Shown: piece by piece, positions 1 through 9,230 of the stretch
How positions within the stretch are numbered: position 1 is the stretch's first letter
Layout: every line of letters begins with the position of its first letter
Source: a virus
Taxonomy: Duplodnaviria; Caudoviricetes
IMG/VR virus record: IMGVR_UViG_3300032143_000007
Coordinates: 1-34,439 of that record
Length of the DNA: 34,439 nt
Strand: one strand, 5' to 3'
Notes under the pieces: model-generated
The model's input: the letters and a program-made list of their open reading frames with translations, nothing else
Told to the model about the DNA's origin: nothing
The model's database searches: none
Position numbers and translations under genes: made by a program

Positions 1-30
1 ATCTTCATAATATGTCAATCCTTTTAAAAT

Positions 31-66
31 AAATAAAGGTTAAGATATTCATCCTAACCTTTATTT
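31..66 (-). terminator. Probable intrinsic terminator after the 313-aa gene
   Basis: Minus strand AAATAAAGGTTAGGAT-GAAT-ATCTTAACCTTTATTT forms a long stem with one G-U pair, followed by ATTTT, about 20 nt after the stop at 88. Confidence 0.65.
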
Positions 67-87
67 TAAAAATCATCTTATTTTTAA

Positions 88-1029
88 TTAATCGTCTGTA
101 TAACATCCGCCAGGCTTTTGATTAGTTGGTTTTGGTCTTTGAAAATATTTATTATCTTCAGTTTTTTTCTTTTTAATTTCCTCTTCACTTTCACCTTCTT
201 CATCATCTTCATCTTCATCTTCTTTTTCTTCTTCACCACTTTTTTCTGTTTCTTTTTCTTCGATAGATTCTTTATCTAGATATTTTGCAACTTCATCCCA
301 TGTAAGCTTTTTAGAACCTTCTTCTGTTGTTTCTTCCTCTTCATCATCATCTTCTTTTGTTTCTTCTGAATTTTCATCATCTTCTTCTTTTGTTTCTTCT
401 GAATCTTCTTTCTTAAACTTATCTACATATTCAGCATAAGATTTTTTAGGCTTTTCACATTCCTCTTCTGTCTCTGGTTCTACTTCTGTTTCACCTTCTG
501 GTTCTACTACTGTTTCACCTTCTGGTTCTTCTTCTACTTCAGCTAGTTTATCAATTTTTTTATTTATGACTGGTGTTTGAACAGCATTATCTTCATCAAC
601 CTCTTCTTCAGGTTCTTCTAAATTTGCAATTTTAGATTTAGGAGGTCTACCTCTACCTCTTTTCTTTCCTTCCATTGGCATATCATCAGAATCAACAACA
701 TCAATTGTAGGCATACCTCTTCCTGCTCCAGTCTTATCAATATCATTATTAATGATAATTTTGATTTCTCCCTCAGTTAATTTTTGAACTTTATTAACAA
801 CTTCTTTCATATTTTCTTTAAGAAAAATCTTATCAATACTCTTTGGAGCAATTCTATCATCAATAAATTCTGTTTGAATTCTATGAAGCGCTACTTCTTT
901 AGAAACATATTGATCATCAAAAGCTGATTCCAATATTTTCTTAATTTTTATTTCTTTTGTTTCTATAATTTTTTCAACTTTAGTTGTATCATCATTACAA
1001 TATTTTTTCATGTAGTCTAAAAATTTCAT
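88..1029 (-). CDS. Hypothetical protein with an AT-hook motif and a long acidic low-complexity C-terminal half
   Basis: 313-aa ORF with AAGGAG RBS; contains KKRGRGRPPK followed by E/D-rich tracts. Confidence 0.8.
   Translation of the reverse strand: MKFLDYMKKYCNDDTTKVEKIIETKEIKIKKILESAFDDQYVSKEVALHRIQTEFIDDRIAPKSIDKIFLKENMKEVVNKVQKLTEGEIKIIINNDIDKTGAGRGMPTIDVVDSDDMPMEGKKRGRGRPPKSKIANLEEPEEEVDEDNAVQTPVINKKIDKLAEVEEEPEGETVVEPEGETEVEPETEEECEKPKKSYAEYVDKFKKEDSEETKEEDDENSEETKEDDDEEEETTEEGSKKLTWDEVAKYLDKESIEEKETEKSGEEEKEDEDEDDEEGESEEEIKKKKTEDNKYFQRPKPTNQKPGGCYTDD
343..529. repeat. Short intragenic tandem duplications (SEETKE[E/D]DDE x2; EPEGET x2)
   Basis: TGTTTCACCTTCTGGTTCT occurs at about 487 and 511; TCTTCTTTTGTTTCTTCTGAA occurs twice between about 350 and 402. 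Confidence 0.7.
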
Positions 1030-1049
1030 ATTCTATCTCCTTTATTTTT

Positions 1050-1196
1050 TTAATTATCAAATGATAATTCTTCAGGATCACCATTTTCGTTTTCATATTC
1101 TATTTCTATATTATAATATTCCTTAAAATCTTCAAAATCTTCTAAATCATTTTCATCAATATTAAAATCTTCTATGCTATCGTAATCCATAGGCAT
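1050..1196 (-). CDS. Unannotated highly acidic microprotein (46-48 aa)
   Basis: Manual translation MPMDYDSIEDFNIDENDLEDFEDFKEYYNIEIEYENENGDPEELSFDN*. AGGGGA RBS is best spaced for the ATG at 1190. The ORF fills the gap between regA and the next gene. Confidence 0.7.
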   Translation of the reverse strand: MPMDYDSIEDFNIDENDLEDFEDFKEYYNIEIEYENENGDPEELSFDN

Positions 1197-1202
1197 TCCC
1201 CT

Positions 1203-1589
1203 TCAAGTATTTATAGATTTAAAATTAAATTTATGTGAAATTTTCCAGTATTCTCTATCTTGATGTGCCAAAACAAATACAAATTTATTATGTGGCTCAA
1301 TATCTTCATCTTCTACTTCAATCAATCCCCAATTTTTTAAACAAAAAGCTACAGCATTCTTTCTAACTATATCCTCTTCACATATATTATTATATGCATT
1401 TTCTCTAGTCAACATAAACATCTCTTTAAAATGTACTAAATAATCTTTATTATCTCTAGAATATAAATAGCAACTTGGATATAAAATCTTATTTTTTTTA
1501 TTTGCTATTCCAATTCTTGAAGTCGTTTCCATTATTATTTTCTTATCGACTAATAATTTAATTTCTAATAATTCAATATTTGTGTTCAT
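1203..1589 (-). CDS. regA: T4 RegA-like translational repressor
   Basis: Motifs ETxSRIGIA, LYPSC, YLVHFKEMF, RKNAVAFCLKNWGLIEV and W..SHKF match the RegA family pattern; 128 aa. Confidence 0.88.
   Translation of the reverse strand: MNTNIELLEIKLLVDKKIIMETTSRIGIANKKNKILYPSCYLYSRDNKDYLVHFKEMFMLTRENAYNNICEEDIVRKNAVAFCLKNWGLIEVEDEDIEPHNKFVFVLAHQDREYWKISHKFNFKSINT
1208..1215 (-). promoter_or_regulatory. T4-type late promoter box TATAAATA
   Basis: Exact TATAAATA in the last codons of regA, just upstream of the acidic microprotein RBS. Confidence 0.45.
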
Positions 1590-2448
1590 ATAAATTCTCC
1601 TTTAATAACTCTTTCTTAATAATCCAACTTTTATATTTTCTATTTTCAGCTATTGCCATTCTAACTCCAGCAGGAGTTAAATTATTTTCTTGACAAAATT
1701 TTTTCAGATCATATATTTCATATTTATTATTTTCTATATCGATAAAAATATATTTATATTTTCTTTGAGCCACTGACATATTTTGTAACCATTCTTTATC
1801 AAAAATTCTACCTTTTAATTTTTCACTTATTTTTACTTTAACATCTTCTCTTTTTGAAGGATTTTTATCACCATTTAATTTATTTTTATTAGCTATAGAT
1901 ATTTTAACTTTAGTTTTGTCAGTATGATGTTTTCCAATCCAAGGATGTTGAATTTCTTTCCATACTTTTTTCATAGACTCAGATAATTTTAAATTATCTT
2001 TTTCAGTTCTTTCTCCTCTATTATTTTTACCATTTAATTTATCTCTAGTCTGATTTTTACTTTCTTCAGTGTGTTTATGTCCTTCAAATCCATTATTTAA
2101 ATCCCCACCGTCTGTATGATTAGTCAATGGTCCACAATTTTTATCATATCTTCCAATTTTATTTATTAATAAAATTTCCATTTTTTTAGCTTCTTTAATA
2201 TTAATATTTTCTTTCAATTTAACAATTATTGGTTCTGTATTAAGAATGGTTTCAATTTTTCTAATAATACGACATTTATGTTTATTACTATCTCTATGAT
2301 ATCTTGCTTCGCTCAAATGTTGTCTCCATCTATTATTTTTTCCCATTCCAATATAAAATGGTTCATAATCAAAGACATAATTTTCATATACATATTTACC
2401 AGGTTTTCTTGGGTCTAAATAAACATATATATAAAAATTATCATTCAT
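1573..2448 (-). CDS. Free-standing GIY-YIG homing endonuclease with NUMOD3 DNA-binding repeats
   Basis: FYIYVYLDPRK...PFYIGMG..NR..QH, conserved E, LTNHTDGG, then GHKHTEESK and GKHHTDKTKVKIS NUMOD3-type motifs. Confidence 0.85.
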   Translation of the reverse strand: MNDNFYIYVYLDPRKPGKYVYENYVFDYEPFYIGMGKNNRWRQHLSEARYHRDSNKHKCRIIRKIETILNTEPIIVKLKENINIKEAKKMEILLINKIGRYDKNCGPLTNHTDGGDLNNGFEGHKHTEESKNQTRDKLNGKNNRGERTEKDNLKLSESMKKVWKEIQHPWIGKHHTDKTKVKISIANKNKLNGDKNPSKREDVKVKISEKLKGRIFDKEWLQNMSVAQRKYKYIFIDIENNKYEIYDLKKFCQENNLTPAGVRMAIAENRKYKSWIIKKELLKENLYEHKY

Positions 2449-2457
2449 ATCATTCCT

Positions 2458-2979
2458 TTAATTATTAATACTCTTTAATTGATAATTAATCTCCTCATAT
2501 GAAAAATTAGTAGTAAATGTAACCTCGTCACTTGTACCATTTTCTAATGACATTGAACTTAAAGATAAAAGAAAACATTTTGTGAATGTCAATACTGCTA
2601 CTAATCTTTTCTGATTATCCATTATTTCTATATTAATCGCTTTAATTGTAAAATCTCTAAACCTTTCTGTATCTACTCTTTGTGCATATTTTGTATCACG
2701 CATCCATATAAAAAGACTTAAATAATTTCTAAGGTCTTCATTTAATTTAAATTCAATCTGTAATTGTGATAGATTCATATTTTTCTTAGGAGCTACTTGA
2801 TGTCTTATTTGAAATCCACCGGGACCATAAGAAATTAATTCTTCCATATTATAGTCAGGTACAACTACACTTTTTACAAATCTATCATACATAGGAAGAT
2901 CACGATTATCTACATTAGGTAAATTAGAAAATCCTATACTCCAACGGTCATTGTGGAATAAATTCATGTTAAAACTCAT
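2458..2979 (-). CDS. Tail completion / tube terminator (T4 gp3-like)
   Basis: Tube-fold pattern: SVVVPD, L.IEFKLNEDLRNY..LF.WM, I.DNQ, F..CFL.SLSSM, TF...FSYE. Confidence 0.75.
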   Translation of the reverse strand: MSFNMNLFHNDRWSIGFSNLPNVDNRDLPMYDRFVKSVVVPDYNMEELISYGPGGFQIRHQVAPKKNMNLSQLQIEFKLNEDLRNYLSLFIWMRDTKYAQRVDTERFRDFTIKAINIEIMDNQKRLVAVLTFTKCFLLSLSSMSLENGTSDEVTFTTNFSYEEINYQLKSINN

Positions 2980-2988
2980 ATTTTCCTC

Positions 2989-3525
2989 TTATGCTAACAA
3001 CAAAGCTTCCATCTCTTCTTTTGTTTCTTTAATCATTAATTTAATAATTCCATGATCAACTATATTGTATTTATCTGGAAAATATTTAAAAGAAATTTTA
3101 CAAATATCAACTTCAATTTCTTCTTCCATTAATTCTAAAAATTCTTTTAATCCTTTTTGTCTTTCTTTAATAGTTTCAGAATATTCTTCATTCAATTTAA
3201 TAATCTCTTTTGTAGCTTCTTCCTTATTAGTTTCAACTTTATATACTTGATTACCCATACTTTCAATTAAAATAGGTTTTCCATTTTCATCTTTATCAGA
3301 ATATTTTTCACCTATCATTGTTTTCTTTTGTTGATATTCTTCATATTTGGCTGATGGCTTTTTAACTTCATTAATAGCTTTTATTTCTGATTCTAAATTT
3401 TCTAAATTTAAATACATAGCGTGTGAAAATCTTTTATCAAAATCTACTTTCATTTGCTCTTTTATAAAATTATTTATTACCATAAAAAATTCATAAACCA
3501 TTCTTCTTTTCAATCTCTCTTTCAT
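2989..3525 (-). CDS. Hypothetical charged helical protein, possibly a fibre assembly factor
   Basis: 178-aa ORF with AGGAGG RBS directly after the tail fibre gene; no recognised motif. Confidence 0.65.
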   Translation of the reverse strand: MKERLKRRMVYEFFMVINNFIKEQMKVDFDKRFSHAMYLNLENLESEIKAINEVKKPSAKYEEYQQKKTMIGEKYSDKDENGKPILIESMGNQVYKVETNKEEATKEIIKLNEEYSETIKERQKGLKEFLELMEEEIEVDICKISFKYFPDKYNIVDHGIIKLMIKETKEEMEALLLA

Positions 3526-3538
3526 TTTAAACCTCCTA

Positions 3539-6238
3539 TTATATTATTTCATATATACTTTGAACATCAAATCGAACCGATTTATTTACTATAGAATTGT
3601 CTACTGCTGGTTCTCCAAAAACATTCCAAAAAAGTACACCCACATCATTTAAATGTATTTGCAAAAACATGTTTTTATCATGTGCTAAATATGCATTATA
3701 TGTTGATGGAACTATTTGATATCTATGTAAAGTAGGATACGGAATAATAGTAGGTAACATATCTGTATTTGTTAAATCTAACCAACAATCTCCATAAAAT
3801 CCGGCAGCATTTCTCATCTTAAAAGTACATTCCAATATATATTTTATTATTAATGTTTTTCCAATTATAGTATATTTCAATTGATATATATTTAATTCCA
3901 TTTCTAAAAAAGAAACATGTAGACGAGGTTTTATACTAGCATCATTAAATGTTTTCCAATATCCTAATGCTAATGAGATAAATGAATCTTTTTCTTTTTC
4001 ATAATATCCATTATCCGATTCAATTTTAGTTAAAACATTAACATATGAAGGAGTAATCGTTCTAACTAACATATCTACATTTTGTGCATAAATTCCTGCT
4101 ATTGCTCCAACTGCATTTGTTCCTGCTACCAAATTTAACACCATAACATCAAGTCTATCTACTGGATATTCTTCACCTATAGAAAAATATGGAACTTGTA
4201 TAGCTGGGTCTATTGTTGGTTTAACCGTAAAAGTCATTAAATTTTTACTATTAAGTAAAGTTGGATCTCCTACAATGGTTGAATAATTTCCTCTAAAATA
4301 TGAAGAATTTCCATCAATATTATTATATGCTAAATCAAAATTTTTACTTATAACAGATGACATTCTTCTATTAAGTGTTCCAATTGGATAAATATTATCG
4401 CATGTAGGAAATAAATATCCATAAAAAATATTAGAATAAGCCATTAAATGATATTCAGAATGTGTTGATAAATATCCTTCAGAATAAGGATTAAATGCCA
4501 AATTAGATGTACCAAAATCTACATAAGACATTCTACAAAGAAGCGCATCTAAAAAATATTTAGATGATCTATTAACTTGCCAATCTGAAAAACTATTATA
4601 ATTAGCCCCTGCTATTAATAAAATTTTATTATTTCTTGAAAAAACAACACCACTATCTCCTATATAATCAGCACCTTGTCCTAAAACTGCATCATAATAA
4701 TTTTTACTTGGAGTATAATCTAATTCAAGAGGACCACTATTATAAGTTCCATTTTTAGCTATAATATTTAAAGTAGAAGCTCCTCCAGTATTTGCAGAAG
4801 TATCATAATAATTTGCTGTATTATCATTCATTTTAGAATACAAATAATGTCCTTTAATCATATATGAACTATATAATGTATTATAATGATCATTTTGATT
4901 TAATCCAGCAACCACATATATACTTCTATATACATCTTGTACTATTAAATCTGTATAATTTCTTTGTAAATCTCCTCCTACAAACTTATTATATTGTATA
5001 CGATCATATGCATCATTATCATAACTATCATAAAATGCTACTTTTCCTTTATAAATTTCAAAACTTCCATCGCTCGATCTAAATAATTGATTTAAATCTT
5101 CATTAGCAAAATTTGTAGAGCTTACTACTAAAGGTCCAAAAGGATTAGCTAAACTTCCTAATGGAATAGGAGAAAGAGGTTTAATTATAGCATCTGAGTG
5201 TCCTGCTGATAATAGCAAATCTCCAGAATTATTAACTGTAAAATCCCAAGTATAACCATTTGTTATTGTATCATCAACATATTCTAGTCTTAAATTAGGA
5301 CGGTCTTCATAGTCTGCATTTTCATCTATTGTTCTTCCAAAATGTGCAGTAGCCATTGGTTCATTATTAGCATTTTGAAAAGTTCCTACGCTTATTTTTT
5401 CAGATGAATGTAGACCATTTTGAACTTTTGACCAATAATCAGCCGATGATCCATAGAAAACATCAGCCCAAGCAGAAGTCATATTAAATTCTAGTTGTAC
5501 ATTAATAGTTGTTTCATTATATCCTTCTCCGAATCTTGATTTTTTAATTGGGTATCCTGAAAGTAAATAAGCTTCTCCAACAAAATGAGGAGTACTATCT
5601 ACTACTCCGGCACCAGTATATCTAATTGCATATAGAGCAATTTTATTATATTTAATTGATCCAACATCTATAGACAATCTACAAGTAAATTGTGCTTTAA
5701 CTTTAGTTTGTCCTGTTTCGACAACAGGAAGAAAATCTATAACTGGATAATAATAAGATGGAGCAGATTGATAAGATGTATTTGTTCCTGGATCTAATGT
5801 TACACTAGAACCATTCCAAGTGCCTGGTGTTGAAGTTGAAAAATTTCCTTTACTTCCTCTATAAAAATTACCTACAGGTGTAGTTCCTCCTACAAGATTA
5901 ATTGGAACTGGTCCCGATGTTTGTTTTGAATTTGTTATAACATTTGTATTAACACTTGAACCATATCCTGACAAAATATATTGATAAGCTGTTTCATCTG
6001 ATAAAAGATAACCATCTACACCTTCATTCCATAAAATTTCTCCAGCAGGATAAGTTCTACCTTGTGCTTCGGCTATTGCTAAATTTGTAGCAGAATATCC
6101 TCTTCCTGTATGTCTAATGTCTGGATCGAGTCTCCAATCATAAACTGGAACCCAATATTTGATTGCAAATAGAGGTCCAGCAGGATGTGCGCTACTCATA
6201 AAATTTAAACCATTAGTTGTTACAACTGTATTAGCCAT
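3539..6238 (-). CDS. Putative tail fibre / baseplate-attached fibre protein
   Basis: N-terminus TVVTTNGL resembles P2 gpH-type attachment domains; fibre-type motif PTCDNIYPIGTLNRRM; follows the wedge gene; AAGGAG RBS. Confidence 0.6.
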   Translation of the reverse strand: MANTVVTTNGLNFMSSAHPAGPLFAIKYWVPVYDWRLDPDIRHTGRGYSATNLAIAEAQGRTYPAGEILWNEGVDGYLLSDETAYQYILSGYGSSVNTNVITNSKQTSGPVPINLVGGTTPVGNFYRGSKGNFSTSTPGTWNGSSVTLDPGTNTSYQSAPSYYYPVIDFLPVVETGQTKVKAQFTCRLSIDVGSIKYNKIALYAIRYTGAGVVDSTPHFVGEAYLLSGYPIKKSRFGEGYNETTINVQLEFNMTSAWADVFYGSSADYWSKVQNGLHSSEKISVGTFQNANNEPMATAHFGRTIDENADYEDRPNLRLEYVDDTITNGYTWDFTVNNSGDLLLSAGHSDAIIKPLSPIPLGSLANPFGPLVVSSTNFANEDLNQLFRSSDGSFEIYKGKVAFYDSYDNDAYDRIQYNKFVGGDLQRNYTDLIVQDVYRSIYVVAGLNQNDHYNTLYSSYMIKGHYLYSKMNDNTANYYDTSANTGGASTLNIIAKNGTYNSGPLELDYTPSKNYYDAVLGQGADYIGDSGVVFSRNNKILLIAGANYNSFSDWQVNRSSKYFLDALLCRMSYVDFGTSNLAFNPYSEGYLSTHSEYHLMAYSNIFYGYLFPTCDNIYPIGTLNRRMSSVISKNFDLAYNNIDGNSSYFRGNYSTIVGDPTLLNSKNLMTFTVKPTIDPAIQVPYFSIGEEYPVDRLDVMVLNLVAGTNAVGAIAGIYAQNVDMLVRTITPSYVNVLTKIESDNGYYEKEKDSFISLALGYWKTFNDASIKPRLHVSFLEMELNIYQLKYTIIGKTLIIKYILECTFKMRNAAGFYGDCWLDLTNTDMLPTIIPYPTLHRYQIVPSTYNAYLAHDKNMFLQIHLNDVGVLFWNVFGEPAVDNSIVNKSVRFDVQSIYEII

Positions 6239-6270
6239 TTATATTCTCCTTATAATCCAATTTACTTTCT

Positions 6271-6284
6271 TATTTATATTTATA
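6271..6284 (-). promoter_or_regulatory. Two overlapping TATAAATA late promoter boxes
   Basis: TATTTATA on + at 6271 and 6277, in the 50-nt spacer upstream of the fibre gene. Confidence 0.55.
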
Positions 6285-6288
6285 AAAA

Positions 6289-9219
6289 TTATTTAATAAC
6301 TGCAAAATATCTAATCCTTGTTTGTGCGGCTACTCCTATTTGTATTGTTCTATTAACAAATCCTACAAGTCTTTCAAAAACTGTATTAATAGGTCTAAGG
6401 TCTTCAATAGATTTAATTATCTTTTGTCTTTTTTCCCAATCAAATGATATAGAATTATAACTAGCATCAATATCTATAACAATAGCAAAGTGAGGAGTAG
6501 GATAAAAATTACTATTAATAATTGATACATCTCCATCATAATCTATTTGCCAATTATTTTTATAATCGTTTGTATAATATTCTACTAAATCTCCAATCAA
6601 TCCAAACGAATATAACATTACTTTAACAGCATTTCTAGTCGATTTAATTTTATACCAAGTAGGTAAATTACTTACGACAAATCTTATATATTTATTTTCA
6701 TCTACTCCACTACAAATTGGTACTTCTGTATCTTGATATAATGTTGAAATATTACCCATATTAGTACCTATTTCATTTCTATTTATATTTACATCATAAC
6801 CAAGATTTTTAGCAAAGAATTGAATATATTCTAAATCAATTAAATCGGGATCTTGTAATTCAGCTATACGATGTACTTTTTCCAATATAGAAATTCTTTG
6901 TTCTAGATATTCATTATTAGCTGATAACATAGGAATTAATATATTATCCATTCCTGCTGATGATATAAATTCTATTTGTCCTACATTATTTGCTGATGTA
7001 TATTCTTGTGTTGCTGAAATTTCATTAGCACTAAAAATATATGATTTAAAATTATAAGCCGAAACTGGAGGTATAGTATCTCTAGTCACATCTAATTCTG
7101 TTTCATCAACTATATATCCTGGCAATCCTTCATACATTGTATTAAGGAAATCTTCAAAGAATTTTAAAAATTCTTCTGTTTCAGTTTTCTTTAAATATTG
7201 TGGCAAAAAGTTTACTAGATTAATAAACTTATTCATTCCAAATTTAATTTTACTATCAGTTCCACCGGGACCACATAATGTAATATAACCACTTTTAATA
7301 TTACTACAAACAGCAGATGATGTTTCTATTGGTGTTGCTGAATGAAAATAAAAAGCACCAGGACCAGTTCTATTTGAATTCCAAAATACTAAATTATAAC
7401 CACTAGTCTCCCATGTTGTTTGTCTTACTGCTGATGTTACAGGAATTCCATAAGTACTACTTTTTAAAGTATCACTACTTTGATCAATTACTATATCATT
7501 ATACGATACAAATGGTACAGTAGGTGTCCAATTAAAAGTACAATTATTAAATTCTACTGTTCCTGCTGTTACTGTATTTCTACAATGTGCTGTTATTTCT
7601 TGAATTGATTTTGTAAATAAACAATAATCACATATAATAATGCCAAAATTTTTACTAGTATCATATATATAAGAATCAATAAAAATAGTATCATTAAAAT
7701 AAGCTTTATTATTATTAAAATTTGTTAATGATGTATAATTTTCTCCTAAATATACCAATGCACTTGTAAATGTACATCCATTAATATATAAATGCCAATC
7801 TTTAATACTACCAGTTAAAAAATCATCATAAATTATAGAATTATTAATAGTATATGTTCCAGACCAAGGACTAGCTGAAGTAGTATCTCCTAAAGATAAA
7901 CCATTTATTAAAGCATTTTCAATTTTAATATTAGGTTGAGTTGCACTCCAAGCATGAGGATCATCAACTGGATAATTATTTGGATTAATACCAAATACTA
8001 CTAATTCAGATCCATAATATGCTGTAGAATAAACTTTATATGGCGATCCTATTTCTGGCCAAGATAAATAATTATATCCACCTCTTTTAGATAAATATTC
8101 TCTACCATATGGAGATGTACCTATACCTTTTAAATAAAAAGTATCTCCTTCATTTGCAGATATTCCTTCAGATATTTCTGTACCATCATAATTATAAGCA
8201 CTAAATTGTTTAAAATTAAATGAATTTACAAATGTTCCTGTACCAGAACTTACTTTATTTAAATCTACATAATAATATGCTTTAGCTATTTCTGTACCGA
8301 ATGGTGGAGATGTTTGTGTGCCATCAAATTCATCATAATTAGCATCAAGCCAATCTTCCATTACAAATTCACCATTAGTAGGATTAATTAAAAATCTAGA
8401 TATACCAGGAGCATAATGATCATATAATTCAGGATCAGTAACAGCATCATCAGTATGATAAATGGTATTTCTAGTTTTTATACCAGTATAATAATTATAA
8501 GTATTATCATATGGAGAAATATAAGAAAGTTTTGCTCTTAATATTAATTCTCTTCCTGTTATCTTATTTGTTATAGATGTTAAATCTGCTGTAATAGTTG
8601 ATGCTGATGTAACTATAGGTTGTGGTCGATTAAATAATATAATAGTATTATCCGTATTATCATGCACATCACTATTAAAAATTAAAATATCATTAGTACC
8701 TGTTCTAGTCGATAACCATGTATAACTTGTTTCTAATAAAGTTGAATCTGAATCATTTATACATACATATGCTTTAAAACCTAGTGATCCTCCTGCGGAT
8801 GCCCAATCTAAATATATATAATCTTCTTCTGGTAATGTTAATTTATATCCTGGTAAATATGCAGATGATGGTGGTGTAACGGCTCTATAGGTAAGTAATT
8901 TACCATTAGATAAAATACCAAATGATCCATATTCTAAAGAAGTTATATATGCCGCTGAAACAGGATTATTCCATATACGAAATACATCACCAGTTTTAGC
9001 ACCTTTATCTCCACCATAATATCCATGTATTTTTGCAGCAGATAATTCATGACCTATAAAATCTGTTTTAACAGGATTATAAATATACATTAATGAACCA
9101 TTTACAGGTTTAACATTATTATTTGCAACATATAATTCACCAGCAGTTAATGAATTAGTAAATGTTTCATGTGCTGAAGTAAGATATAACCCAAAATCTA
9201 TTTCGTAAATTAGAACCAT
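6289..9219 (-). CDS. Baseplate wedge protein (P2 gpI / T4 gp7-like C-terminal domain) fused to an N-terminal region carrying a beta-helix-like module
   Basis: C-terminal LVNFLPQYL, QDPDLIDLEYIQFFAKNLG, NLPTWYKIKSTRNAVK.ML..FG and RPINTV are typical of gpI-like wedge proteins; the module at about 7345-8277 is shared with the neighbouring gene. Confidence 0.7.
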   Translation of the reverse strand: MVLIYEIDFGLYLTSAHETFTNSLTAGELYVANNNVKPVNGSLMYIYNPVKTDFIGHELSAAKIHGYYGGDKGAKTGDVFRIWNNPVSAAYITSLEYGSFGILSNGKLLTYRAVTPPSSAYLPGYKLTLPEEDYIYLDWASAGGSLGFKAYVCINDSDSTLLETSYTWLSTRTGTNDILIFNSDVHDNTDNTIILFNRPQPIVTSASTITADLTSITNKITGRELILRAKLSYISPYDNTYNYYTGIKTRNTIYHTDDAVTDPELYDHYAPGISRFLINPTNGEFVMEDWLDANYDEFDGTQTSPPFGTEIAKAYYYVDLNKVSSGTGTFVNSFNFKQFSAYNYDGTEISEGISANEGDTFYLKGIGTSPYGREYLSKRGGYNYLSWPEIGSPYKVYSTAYYGSELVVFGINPNNYPVDDPHAWSATQPNIKIENALINGLSLGDTTSASPWSGTYTINNSIIYDDFLTGSIKDWHLYINGCTFTSALVYLGENYTSLTNFNNNKAYFNDTIFIDSYIYDTSKNFGIIICDYCLFTKSIQEITAHCRNTVTAGTVEFNNCTFNWTPTVPFVSYNDIVIDQSSDTLKSSTYGIPVTSAVRQTTWETSGYNLVFWNSNRTGPGAFYFHSATPIETSSAVCSNIKSGYITLCGPGGTDSKIKFGMNKFINLVNFLPQYLKKTETEEFLKFFEDFLNTMYEGLPGYIVDETELDVTRDTIPPVSAYNFKSYIFSANEISATQEYTSANNVGQIEFISSAGMDNILIPMLSANNEYLEQRISILEKVHRIAELQDPDLIDLEYIQFFAKNLGYDVNINRNEIGTNMGNISTLYQDTEVPICSGVDENKYIRFVVSNLPTWYKIKSTRNAVKVMLYSFGLIGDLVEYYTNDYKNNWQIDYDGDVSIINSNFYPTPHFAIVIDIDASYNSISFDWEKRQKIIKSIEDLRPINTVFERLVGFVNRTIQIGVAAQTRIRYFAVIK
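7345..8277 (-). repeat. Copy A of the ~310-aa beta-helix-like module
   Basis: Runs YYYVDLN...GDTFYLKG...GGYNYLSW...NCTFNWTP...RTGPGAFYF; AAAATAAAAAGCACCAGGACCAGTTCTATT is identical at 7345 and 10665. Confidence 0.85.
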
Positions 9220-9230
9220 TTAAATCTCCA

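Noticed and set aside
6-24. TTGACA -35 box or RBS plus ATG at the left edge (minus strand)
   Set aside because: The -10 element or the ORF would lie outside the window, so neither can be supported.
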